This document shows, in pieces, positions 18,675-26,517 of a stretch of DNA of 64,000 nucleotides (within the stretch, counting starts at the first letter, position 1; each line of letters begins with the position of its first letter). The stretch lies in assembly GCA_001029675.1 (NCBI GenBank), contig CP011210.1, forward strand, positions 64,193 through 128,192. The letters are read 5' to 3'. Made by a program: the position numbers and the translations under genes. Below the pieces are notes generated by a model. That model had not been told where the DNA came from, did not search any database, and worked only from the letters and a program-made list of their open reading frames with translations. This stretch comes from Candidatus Beckwithbacteria bacterium GW2011_GWC1_49_16. GTDB lineage: Bacteria > Patescibacteriota > Microgenomatia > UBA1400 > CG1-02-47-37.

Positions 18675-18929
18675 ATGAGCCAAGTGGTCACTACCAATTT
18701 ACGCATAGAAAGGGCCGACTGGTTGCAGATTAAAACCATGGCGGCCGAGTTGGGCATGAGCGTGAATAAGTTTATCAACCAGTTAATCAGAAGAGTCACC
18801 ACCAAAGAACAGTTGGGGGTGATCAACGACTACCAAAACGCCAGTATTTGGGAAGAGTTGCCCAAGTTAGCGAAAATCAAGAATAAACCCGGCAAATTGA
18901 GTGCCGATGACGAAATCATCTATGCCTGA
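18675..18929 (+). CDS. ribbon-helix-helix antitoxin (VapB/CopG-like)
   Basis: 84 aa. N-terminal beta-strand then helix pattern (RIERADWLQIKTMAAELGMSVNKFINQLI). Stop overlaps the start of the downstream PIN gene. Confidence 0.55.
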   Translation: MSQVVTTNLRIERADWLQIKTMAAELGMSVNKFINQLIRRVTTKEQLGVINDYQNASIWEELPKLAKIKNKPGKLSADDEIIYA

Positions 18930-19332
18930 TTCGGTATTTATCGATACAGGTTTTTTTAAGGCACTGGTAGATGAAGACGATGATTTTTACCGCAAGGCGG
19001 TAAAAACCTGGCAGAAATTTAGAAAAAAGGAAACAGTTTTAATCACCAGCAATTTCATTATTGATGAAACACTGACGGTAATAAGAGTTAAATGTCGCCT
19101 GGAAAAGGCCTTAAAATTCCGTGACCTGTTAGCCGAGAGCGGCGACGTAATAAAAATTGTCAGAGTGACCGTGGCCGACGAGGCCGGCGCCTGGAAGTGG
19201 TTTGTGAAAGATTGGCGGAGGTTGTCTTTTACCGACTGCGTGTCGATGGCCTTGATGGAACGATTGGGTGTGAACATGGTTGCCGGATTTGACCAGCATT
19301 TTACCAGGGCGGGGTTTAAGTATGCCCACTAA
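18922..19332 (+). CDS. vapC: PIN-domain ribonuclease toxin VapC
   Basis: FIDTG N-terminal acidic motif, SFTDC and FDQHF C-terminal acidic residues of the PIN fold. ATG overlaps the antitoxin stop (ATGCCTGA). Confidence 0.7.
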   Translation: MPDSVFIDTGFFKALVDEDDDFYRKAVKTWQKFRKKETVLITSNFIIDETLTVIRVKCRLEKALKFRDLLAESGDVIKIVRVTVADEAGAWKWFVKDWRRLSFTDCVSMALMERLGVNMVAGFDQHFTRAGFKYAH

Positions 19333-19984
19333 GGATAGTCAGCCCGAAAGGCGAGTACCCGAAGAGCTGGAACAGGCATTTGTGGATCTGCTTGAGCCGG
19401 TAGTAACCCAAATGGTAGCCGATGGGACGGAGGAGGCGAGTTTGTATAAACACCCTCACCCTAGAAGCGAGGTTCCTGATTGGTATGACCCAATTGGAGT
19501 GATTACTAATTTAGATCTTAGAATTCAGGATCCAAAAGAATGGAGAAAAGAACAGGTGGACAATGTAATAAAGGGTAAAGCAAAAAGGCCAAGCGTAAGG
19601 GATTTTATAAACGACAAGGTAGTTGTTATCGAAATTAAGTCCAGGAGGAGGCCGTCAAAACTAGAGTTTAGGAAGAGACAGGTAGAAAGAGCTCATAGAC
19701 GGGGATCTAGCAATGCCGGACAGGCTGTTCAGGACAAACACGAGATAAATTTACTACTAAGGAAAGAAACGGGGGGCTTAGAACTTTTAGACACTCGTGA
19801 GTATAGAGACTTTAACAGGGTGGTGGAAACGCCGATAGCTTCGGGGAAGCCATGGCTGGGAATGCGGAAAGTTTGGGATTCGGTTGGCTACTGGCCAAGC
19901 TTTGATGCCTTATTAGAAGATTGGCGATCAAGCCCCGAGCTTTTGGGCCGGGTGTTGCCAGTATTAGAGAAGGCGCTTAAATGA
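19322..19984 (+). CDS. hypothetical basic protein
   Basis: ORF with in-frame ATG at 19322 just after the vapC stop. Lys/Arg-rich. No recognisable domain. Confidence 0.35.
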   Translation: MPTKDSQPERRVPEELEQAFVDLLEPVVTQMVADGTEEASLYKHPHPRSEVPDWYDPIGVITNLDLRIQDPKEWRKEQVDNVIKGKAKRPSVRDFINDKVVVIEIKSRRRPSKLEFRKRQVERAHRRGSSNAGQAVQDKHEINLLLRKETGGLELLDTREYRDFNRVVETPIASGKPWLGMRKVWDSVGYWPSFDALLEDWRSSPELLGRVLPVLEKALK

Positions 19985-20248
19985 AATTTGCTTTAGGTTA
20001 TTTATATGCGGCTTGGCGACGGGCGATGGAGTAGACGTCGAGGTTTTTGCATAGTTGCTTATGAGAGATAGCGGTTTTTTGTTTTTTGCCTTGGCGAACA
20101 GCCTTAATTTCCTCGCGGGAGGAGAGGATGTTAAGGGTTTCCCGCCAAGATTCAAGTCCTGGCTTTCTAGTAGTAAGATTTAGTAAATAGCTCATTGAGA
20201 AAGCGTACTATTAAAAGAGTGAATTGTTAAGAGTGGTAAAATAACGGC

Positions 20249-20770
20249 ATGTCAAAAGGATTAGTTTACGTGTTTACCGGTGATGGCAAGGGCAAGACCT
20301 CGGCGGCGTTTTGGACGGGAGTAAGGCTGGCGGCTCGGGGCAAAAAGGTGGCGGCAGTGCAGTTTTATAAAGAGGCGCGCTGGCCGACGGCAGAGCAGGA
20401 TATAAGTAAAAAGTTTAAAAACTTTAAGGTTTATCTTTCCGGCAAAGGGTTTTACAAGTTGCCGACCGACCATGCTAAGCCTGCCGAGCACAAACAGGCC
20501 GCTGAAGCGGGGCTAAAAAAGGCGGCAGAGTTAATCGGTAAAGTGGATCTTCTAATCTTGGATGAGATCAACAACGCCGTCAAAGATAAATTAATTGACC
20601 TAACTGCCCTAATTGACCTAATTTCTAAGCGCGGTCAAACCCACTTGATTCTAACCGGCCGAGGGGCTACAAGGAGAGTCCTTGAAGGTGCGGATTTGGT
20701 GACGGAAATGAAAAAGGTTAAACACCCGTTTGACCAGGGCAAGAAAGCGGTTAAGGGGTTGGATTATTGA
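20249..20770 (+). CDS. cobO: cob(I)yrinic acid a,c-diamide / cob(I)alamin adenosyltransferase (CobA/CobO/BtuR family)
   Basis: 173 aa. P-loop TGDGKGKTSAAFW near the N-terminus and VVQFYKE block, matching the BtuR/CobA YTGxGKGKTTAA signature. Confidence 0.8.
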   Translation: MSKGLVYVFTGDGKGKTSAAFWTGVRLAARGKKVAAVQFYKEARWPTAEQDISKKFKNFKVYLSGKGFYKLPTDHAKPAEHKQAAEAGLKKAAELIGKVDLLILDEINNAVKDKLIDLTALIDLISKRGQTHLILTGRGATRRVLEGADLVTEMKKVKHPFDQGKKAVKGLDY

Positions 20771-20807
20771 GTCGAGGGCGGGGAGATTGTGTTATCATTA
20801 AGTTATT

Positions 20808-21245
20808 ATGGCAGACCTGCCCGATGACCAGAATCAACCCGCTCCGCCGGTATCCCCGACGACCCCGGTAAGCGGAGGGACGGCGGCCAAGGAGAAGGAT
20901 AAACCCGCCTTCGCCGAAGGCTCCGGCGAGGCAAGACAGGAAGTCACCCCGATTACCGAGTATACCCGGCAAGTGGATTTGGAACCGGAAGTGGAGAGTT
21001 GGATGGAGAAGCTCGAGAAGGAGGAGGGTAAACTGACTCAGCCGGTGACCGACGATAAAGGCCAAGTGGTACTCGACGACAGCCAAAAGCAGGATAAAAA
21101 ATTTAAGGTGGTGTTGCCTTTGACACGCGACGAGGTAGAAAAGGGTTTGCATCACAAGGTGGTGGATGGGGTGAGGTGGTTGGCGGAGTGGTGCGTGAGA
21201 CTCGTTAAGATGTTTGGCAGTAAAGTTGCCTACAGGAAAAAATAA
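20808..21245 (+). CDS. hypothetical protein (Pro/Glu-rich N-terminus)
   Basis: 145 aa ORF immediately upstream of, and abutting, the coupling-ATPase gene. Confidence 0.35.
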   Translation: MADLPDDQNQPAPPVSPTTPVSGGTAAKEKDKPAFAEGSGEARQEVTPITEYTRQVDLEPEVESWMEKLEKEEGKLTQPVTDDKGQVVLDDSQKQDKKFKVVLPLTRDEVEKGLHHKVVDGVRWLAEWCVRLVKMFGSKVAYRKK

Positions 21246-23575
21246 TGGATCCAATAACTGTCTTTGTTGACCAGGCAAAATACCTGACCTTTTTGGCCTT
21301 TTTGATGGGGGCGAGCCTTGTGGGATTGGTGGGGCTAGTTTACCTTCTGGTTAATTTGATTAAGTTTAAAGACAGGGAGAAGCGGTCGTTGGAGTATGTG
21401 CTTTTGGAAGTAGCCGTGCCAAGAGACAACGAGGTCAAGATCGACGCGGCCGAGCAGATGTTTGCGGCGCTGACCAGCATCAAGAAAGGCGGGGGTTTCT
21501 TGAAGATTTTCAAACCCCAGCAGCACATTTCTTTTGAAATCGTGGGCAGAAAGGAAGACATTAGGTTTTATGTGTCGGCCCCGGACAAATTGAGGGATTT
21601 GGTGGAAAAGCAGATTAATGGGGCTTATCCCGGAGCCGACGTCAAAGAGGTGGAGGAATATAACATTTACACCGATCACGGTAAGGTGGCGTTTGCGGCT
21701 TTGAGACTTACCGGCACCAGCTACATGCCGATTCAGGTTTACAAGGACCTGCCGGTGGATTCTTTAAGTTCACTGACGGCGGCGATGGCCAAAATGGGGG
21801 ATAACGAGGGGGCGGCGGTACAGATAGTCGTGGCGCCGGCAGGAAATTCTTGGCGGAAAGCGGGCAAGGCTTATATCTCAAAGACCAAAAAGACCGAGGC
21901 CGACCCGGAGACGGCCAAGTACAACATTGATCCAAAAACCTACGAAGAGATAGATAACAAGTGTAGTAAGCCCGGTTTTGAGGTGGCGGTGAGAATGGTA
22001 GTTTCTTCCACAACCCGCGAGTCGGCCGAGGCGCATTTAGCTAACATGGTGGGGGCGTTTTCTCAGCTTAGTTCGGATCATAATGGTTTTGCCAAGGCCA
22101 AGGTGAGGCTCAAAAAGATTTTTATGGTCGATTTTATCTACCGCTACCAGCCGGTTTTTGGGTCTAAGAACATTTTGTCGGCCGAGGAGTTGGCGACGGT
22201 GTTCCACTTTCCCAATAAAAGCGTCGAAACGCCGCACATTTATTGGCTAAGAGCCAAGAGGGCGCCGGTGCCGGCTCAAATCCCCAAGGAAGGGCTTTTT
22301 TTGGGTAAAAGCAGTTATCGGGGGACGTCGCGGTCGGTTTTTATCGGCGAGGACGACCGGTTGCGGCACATTTATATTATCGGCAAGACCGGTGTGGGCA
22401 AGTCGGAGTTGATGACCGACATGATACTTCAAGACATTAAGGAGGGCAAAGGGGTGTGTTTTATTGACCCTCATGACACGGTGGAAAAGATTATGGAGAT
22501 GATTCCGCCCGAGCGGGCAGAGGACGTGATTTACTTTAACCCGTCGGATACCGAGCGGCCGATGGGGCTTAATATGCTTGAGGCGTCCACAGAAGAAGAG
22601 AAACACTTTGTGGTGACTTCGATCGTGGGTTTGATGTATAAGCTTTACGATCCGCACAAGACCGGAATTATCGGTCCCCGGTTTGAGCATGCCATCAGAA
22701 ACGCCATGCTGACGGTGATGAGTGATCCGGGAAACACTTTTATCGAAGTGGTGCGGGTTCTGACTGACAGTAAATACGTCCAAGAGTTACTCCCGCGAGT
22801 CAAAGACCCCATCGTCAGGCGCTACTGGACTGATCAGATTGCCCAAACGTCTGACTTTCACAAATCGGAGGTGTTGGACTATATTGTTTCAAAATTCGGC
22901 CGGTTTGTGACCAACAAGATGATGCGTAACATCATCGGCCAGTCGGAGAGCGCTTTTAACTTCAGGAAAGTGATGGACGAGGGCAAGATACTTTTAATTA
23001 ACCTGGCTAAGGGCAGGATCGGGGAGGAAAACAGTAATTTTTTAGGGTTGATTCTGGTACCGAAAATCTTGATTGCGGCCATGAGCCGGCAAGACACGCC
23101 GGAGGAGGAAAGGAAGCCGTTTTATCTCTATGTTGATGAGTTTCAGAATTTTGCCACGCCAGACTTTGCCCAGATATTGTCGGAAGCAAGAAAATTTAGG
23201 TTAGCCCTAACCGTGGCCAACCAGTTTATCGGCCAGGTAGAGGAGGATGTCAAAAACGCCATTTTCGGCAACGTCGGCAGCCTAATCGCCTTCAGGGTGG
23301 GAGTGTCGGATGCTAACTACCTCCAGCATGAGTTTCAACCGACTTTCACCGAAACGGACCTAATTAACATTGAGCGGTTTAACGTCTACGTCAAAACCAT
23401 CGTCAACAACGAGCCGGTGCCGCCCTTTTCCATGGACTTGACTAAAGACATGGGTCAGGCAAAGGCGCAGAGGAACGACAAGGTGGCGGAGATGGTCAAG
23501 CAATTGAGCCGGCTTAAATACGCCAGGGACATGGGTGTGGTCGAGGCGGAGATTTCCCAGCGGGCCAAACTTTAG
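21245..23575 (+). CDS. VirD4/TraG/TrwB-like type IV coupling protein family ATPase (FtsK/HerA superfamily), membrane-anchored
   Basis: 776 aa. N-terminal TM helices. Walker A IIGKTGVGKSE. Walker B-like LYVDEFQNF. Conserved C-terminal arginine block. Confidence 0.55.
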   Translation: MDPITVFVDQAKYLTFLAFLMGASLVGLVGLVYLLVNLIKFKDREKRSLEYVLLEVAVPRDNEVKIDAAEQMFAALTSIKKGGGFLKIFKPQQHISFEIVGRKEDIRFYVSAPDKLRDLVEKQINGAYPGADVKEVEEYNIYTDHGKVAFAALRLTGTSYMPIQVYKDLPVDSLSSLTAAMAKMGDNEGAAVQIVVAPAGNSWRKAGKAYISKTKKTEADPETAKYNIDPKTYEEIDNKCSKPGFEVAVRMVVSSTTRESAEAHLANMVGAFSQLSSDHNGFAKAKVRLKKIFMVDFIYRYQPVFGSKNILSAEELATVFHFPNKSVETPHIYWLRAKRAPVPAQIPKEGLFLGKSSYRGTSRSVFIGEDDRLRHIYIIGKTGVGKSELMTDMILQDIKEGKGVCFIDPHDTVEKIMEMIPPERAEDVIYFNPSDTERPMGLNMLEASTEEEKHFVVTSIVGLMYKLYDPHKTGIIGPRFEHAIRNAMLTVMSDPGNTFIEVVRVLTDSKYVQELLPRVKDPIVRRYWTDQIAQTSDFHKSEVLDYIVSKFGRFVTNKMMRNIIGQSESAFNFRKVMDEGKILLINLAKGRIGEENSNFLGLILVPKILIAAMSRQDTPEEERKPFYLYVDEFQNFATPDFAQILSEARKFRLALTVANQFIGQVEEDVKNAIFGNVGSLIAFRVGVSDANYLQHEFQPTFTETDLINIERFNVYVKTIVNNEPVPPFSMDLTKDMGQAKAQRNDKVAEMVKQLSRLKYARDMGVVEAEISQRAKL

Positions 23576-23609
23576 GATTTTTGTGCTATAGGGTATAATA
23601 CGGGGTTAT

Positions 23610-23861
23610 ATGGAAAAAGTAGTCGCCAGAGATTCTGGGGTGGAAGTAATATTTAAGCACCCAGAAACTCCTCAATGCCCAAACGGCATGACGAGTAGTA
23701 GGAACTACAAGGTTACCAAGGTAGTTGAGGGGGTTAACCAGCGACAAGCGGAGGCGATGTTTGAAACAGACGCGGCATTTAGGCTTGGCGCGGTGCCCCG
23801 GTGTGGCGCTTGCGGGATTCTTTACAAGGTGGCCGGGTCGGAGCTGCCGTTGGCAGGGTGA
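23610..23861 (+). CDS. small hypothetical Cys-containing protein
   Basis: 83 aa ORF preceded by a TATAAT-like box (gggtataatacgg). Cys pairs CPNG...CGACG. Weak support. Confidence 0.25.
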   Translation: MEKVVARDSGVEVIFKHPETPQCPNGMTSSRNYKVTKVVEGVNQRQAEAMFETDAAFRLGAVPRCGACGILYKVAGSELPLAG

Positions 23862-23924
23862 GTTTGGTAGTTGTCTGAAGGCAGAGTTTGTTGTACCATT
23901 GAATTGTATTAGTAAATAGTCTGG

Positions 23925-24608
23925 TTGATGGTTCGAATGGCTAAGGTTTTGATTGAAAAAAGGATTGAGGCGATAAAATTAAGAAAGTTAGGAAAAAGCT
24001 ACTCCCAGATTAAAAACAAGTTGGGTGTGAGTAAAAGCACTTTGAGCTATTGGTTGAGAAGATACCCTCTATCGAAAGAAAGGATTAGAGAGCTTCAGAA
24101 AAGTGAGAGGGCAATTGAAAAATACAGAGAAACAATGCGAAGAAAAAGAGAGGAGCGGTTAAGAGGCGTTTACAAGAAAATGAAGAAGAAACTATTGCCG
24201 CTTACAAAGAAACAGTTGTTGATAGCAGGTCTGTTTTTGTATTGGGGAGAAGGGTTAAAAGCAAGCCAGTCTCAGGTTAATTTCAGCAACAGCGATCCGG
24301 AAATGGCGAAGTTTTATTTATATTGGCTAACTAGAGCGTTGGGGATTAGCAGAAGAAAAATTAAGGTAAGATTACATCTTTACAGAGATATGAATATTAA
24401 CGCGGAGACAAAATATTGGAGCGAGCTATTAAGAATACCGAGAAGTCAATTTACTAAACCCTATATTAAAAACACAACCCTTAAAAGTATTACTTATAAA
24501 GGGTTTGGGCACGGCACGTGTGATATTAGATACGGAAACGTTGGTTTAAAAGAAGAAATAATAATGGGGATAAAGGCGATTTCGGATAAACACTCAAGAC
24601 TTTCGTGA
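23925..24608 (+). CDS. HTH-domain protein with LAGLIDADG-like homing-endonuclease-type core (paralog 1)
   Basis: 227 aa. N-terminal resolvase-type HTH (GKSYSQIKNKLGVSKSTLSYWLR). Central LLIAGLFLYWGEGLK...NSDPEMAKFYLYWLTRALGI matches LAGLIDADG helix/beta/beta/helix spacing. AT-rich relative to neighbours. Paralogous to 27685-28362. Confidence 0.5.
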   Translation: MMVRMAKVLIEKRIEAIKLRKLGKSYSQIKNKLGVSKSTLSYWLRRYPLSKERIRELQKSERAIEKYRETMRRKREERLRGVYKKMKKKLLPLTKKQLLIAGLFLYWGEGLKASQSQVNFSNSDPEMAKFYLYWLTRALGISRRKIKVRLHLYRDMNINAETKYWSELLRIPRSQFTKPYIKNTTLKSITYKGFGHGTCDIRYGNVGLKEEIIMGIKAISDKHSRLS

Positions 24609-24620
24609 TAAAATACGCTT

Positions 24621-24692
24621 AGGCGGATAGCTCAATGGTAGAGCGGTGCTCTTATACAGCATTGGTTGTGGGTTCGACTCCCGCTCCGCCTA
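24621..24692 (+). tRNA. tRNA-Ile, anticodon TAT (UAU)
   Basis: Folded by hand: acceptor AGGCGGA/TCCGCCT, D-arm GCTC-AATGGTA-GAGC, anticodon stem GTGCT/AGCAT with loop CTTATAC, T-arm GTGGG-TTCGACT-CCCGC, discriminator A. No encoded CCA. Confidence 0.7.
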
Positions 24693-24700
24693 CAAGATGG

Positions 24701-24730
24701 TCGGTGGTTCGAGTCCAGCCCGGCCTACCG
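24701..24730 (+). other. degenerate tRNA 3'-end fragment (T-arm plus acceptor-like), possible att-site remnant
   Basis: GGTGGTTCGAGTCCAGCCCGGCCTACC resembles a T-arm and 3' acceptor strand (20/27 matches to the 3' end of the adjacent tRNA). Lacks D and anticodon arms. Confidence 0.4.
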
Positions 24731-24772
24731 CGTCAAACGCGGCCAGTCCCTGCCCGAAAGAGCAGGTTTTTT

Positions 24773-25240
24773 ATGACTTTTGAAAAGCCACGCCATAGAT
24801 TGCTACCAAAAAGGGATATCAAAGAGGCCTTGAACGAGATGCAGGCTCTTGCTTTTCGCGGAATTTGCGGCGAGATACTTGCAGGGAGGGAGATTCAAAA
24901 ATTTGATATGTATTTGTTCGGCTCCATTTCTAGAGGAACATTTGATGATGACTCCGATATAGATGTTTTGTTAGTGCTTGAAGGCGACCAAAAAACTAGT
25001 AGTGGGGTGCAGGAGATAAGCCCAAGACTTCAATTTTGGTTGGTAGTTGAATTAACAAGAGTTCGTCCCAAAATTGAAGAGGAATTGGGTAGGTCAGTTG
25101 AGATCGCTTTTGCCACTTATGATGACCTGGAGATTGCTAGAGAATCTCTTCGTGACGGTATGTGGAATCATTTAACGCGAATCTATAGAGATCTTAAGCC
25201 TTTGACTGACAAGGATTCGAGAGAGTTTATAGCTCTTTGA
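24773..25240 (+). CDS. minimal nucleotidyltransferase (Pol-beta superfamily, MNT/KNTase-like)
   Basis: LFGSISRGTFDDDSDIDVLLV = GSxxRG...DxD nucleotidyltransferase motif. Start taken at the ATG at 24773. The longer listed ORF start overlaps the tRNA and is spurious. Confidence 0.65.
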   Translation: MTFEKPRHRLLPKRDIKEALNEMQALAFRGICGEILAGREIQKFDMYLFGSISRGTFDDDSDIDVLLVLEGDQKTSSGVQEISPRLQFWLVVELTRVRPKIEEELGRSVEIAFATYDDLEIARESLRDGMWNHLTRIYRDLKPLTDKDSREFIAL

Positions 25241-26090
25241 GGCTGGCGGGGGCTTCGGCTTTGTTTTTGACTACGTCCAGGTATTTTTCGGTGGTACTAA
25301 GCCTCTTGTGGCCGACAAGCTTGGACACCAAGGTTAAGGGGGTGCCGGCCGTCAGCTGGTGGGCGATAAAGGTGTGCCTTAAATCGTTGACCTTGGCGTT
25401 TTTGATGTCTGACAATTTAAAGAAGCGGTCGATGGCGGTGCGGATGTTTCTAATCAAAAAAGGCCGGCCGGTTTTGGTGACAAAGACTTTTTGGCTTTTG
25501 GTTTTGGGGCGGGGTTTAAGGTAGTCGGCCAAGGCTTGGTGAGCGGCTTTGTTTAGAGGCACAACTCGTGAAGAGTGGGATTCGTAGGCACGAATGGTGA
25601 GTTTGTTGTCGTCGACGTCGTTTAACTCAAGGTTGGCCAGCTCGCCGATTCTGATGCCGGTTTGGAGCAGCAACTCGACGATGGCCCTGATCCTAATGTC
25701 GTCGCGGCAGACGTCGCGCAGGGCGCGATATTCCATTTTAGTTAAAACCCGGGGCGGTTTGATGTCGTACTTGGGGTGGGAGACGGCAGCGGCAGGGTTG
25801 GTGGTGATTGCTTTTTGAGCCAGCAAAAAGCGGCAGAAGGTTTTGATGGAGTTTAGCTTGCGGCTAATGGACTTGGCGGTGTATTTCTTGTCGGCAAGAT
25901 ATTTTTTGAAGTCTTCGATGTGGCTGGTGGTAAGATTATTTGGTTGGTGAACTTTTTTGGGAGCGACAAACTGGATTAGTTGGTCGACGTCCTTGTTGTA
26001 TGCTAGGATAGTGGACGTGGAGCGATTCTTGTTTTTAAGATCTTCGACAAAGGCAGTCCTGGCGGCTTTAAGATCGTTTGGTTTAACCAT
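25227..26090 (-). CDS. tyrosine site-specific recombinase (XerC/XerD/integrase family)
   Basis: 287 aa. N-terminal core-binding SAM-like domain. Catalytic LRHTF (box II His/Arg) and HKRLSTTEKYL (catalytic Tyr). Converges on, and overlaps by 14 nt, the nucleotidyltransferase gene. Confidence 0.8.
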   Translation of the reverse strand: MVKPNDLKAARTAFVEDLKNKNRSTSTILAYNKDVDQLIQFVAPKKVHQPNNLTTSHIEDFKKYLADKKYTAKSISRKLNSIKTFCRFLLAQKAITTNPAAAVSHPKYDIKPPRVLTKMEYRALRDVCRDDIRIRAIVELLLQTGIRIGELANLELNDVDDNKLTIRAYESHSSRVVPLNKAAHQALADYLKPRPKTKSQKVFVTKTGRPFLIRNIRTAIDRFFKLSDIKNAKVNDLRHTFIAHQLTAGTPLTLVSKLVGHKRLSTTEKYLDVVKNKAEAPASLKEL

Positions 26091-26135
26091 AAATTCTGAG
26101 GCAGAAGTAGCTTATAATAGCAACAACAGGGATAG

Positions 26136-26516
26136 GTGTCAATGAGAAAAAAACGACTTCTAACTTATCTTATTATGTTAGTGAGTTTGTTGGTTTCGGG
26201 TAAGCTGACTCGCGATATCGTTAAGCTTTGGCGGGCCGACGAGCGCCTGATTGAGGCCCAAGCGGAATTAACTAAGGTTCAGGAGGAACAGCTGAAGCTG
26301 AAGCGGGAGTTGTCTGAGGCGGAGGGAGAGTTGTGGTGGGAAAGACAAGTGAGGGATACTTTGCGGATGGCGAAAGAAGGAGAAGTGGTGGTGGTGGTGC
26401 CGGACGAGGTGAAGAATCAATCGGGGGGAGCGGCCGATTTGAACCCGGTTGACGGGGTCGGGGAGGAAAGCAATCTAACTAAGTGGGTCAAGGCGTTTGC
26501 TATAATAGGGCAATAA
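26136..26516 (+). CDS. septum formation initiator family protein (FtsB/DivIC-like)
   Basis: 126 aa. Single N-terminal TM, coiled-coil (LKLKRELSEAEGEL), then RDTLRMAKEGEVVVVV beta-strand typical of FtsB/DivIC. Confidence 0.55.
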   Translation: MSMRKKRLLTYLIMLVSLLVSGKLTRDIVKLWRADERLIEAQAELTKVQEEQLKLKRELSEAEGELWWERQVRDTLRMAKEGEVVVVVPDEVKNQSGGAADLNPVDGVGEESNLTKWVKAFAIIGQ

Positions 26517-26517
26517 T

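Noticed and set aside
19964-20195. Two overlapping small minus-strand ORFs (63 and 65 aa) between the hypothetical gene and cobO
   Set aside because: They overlap each other in different frames, have no clear RBS or motif and sit in a 260-nt spacer. The one at 19998-20195 has a basic, vaguely DNA-binding-like sequence, but support is insufficient.
24635-24772. N-terminal 46 codons of listed ORF 24635..25240 overlapping the tRNA-Ile gene
   Set aside because: The extension runs through a tRNA and a hairpin. The conserved nucleotidyltransferase domain begins after the in-frame ATG at 24773, so the long form is treated as a spurious start.
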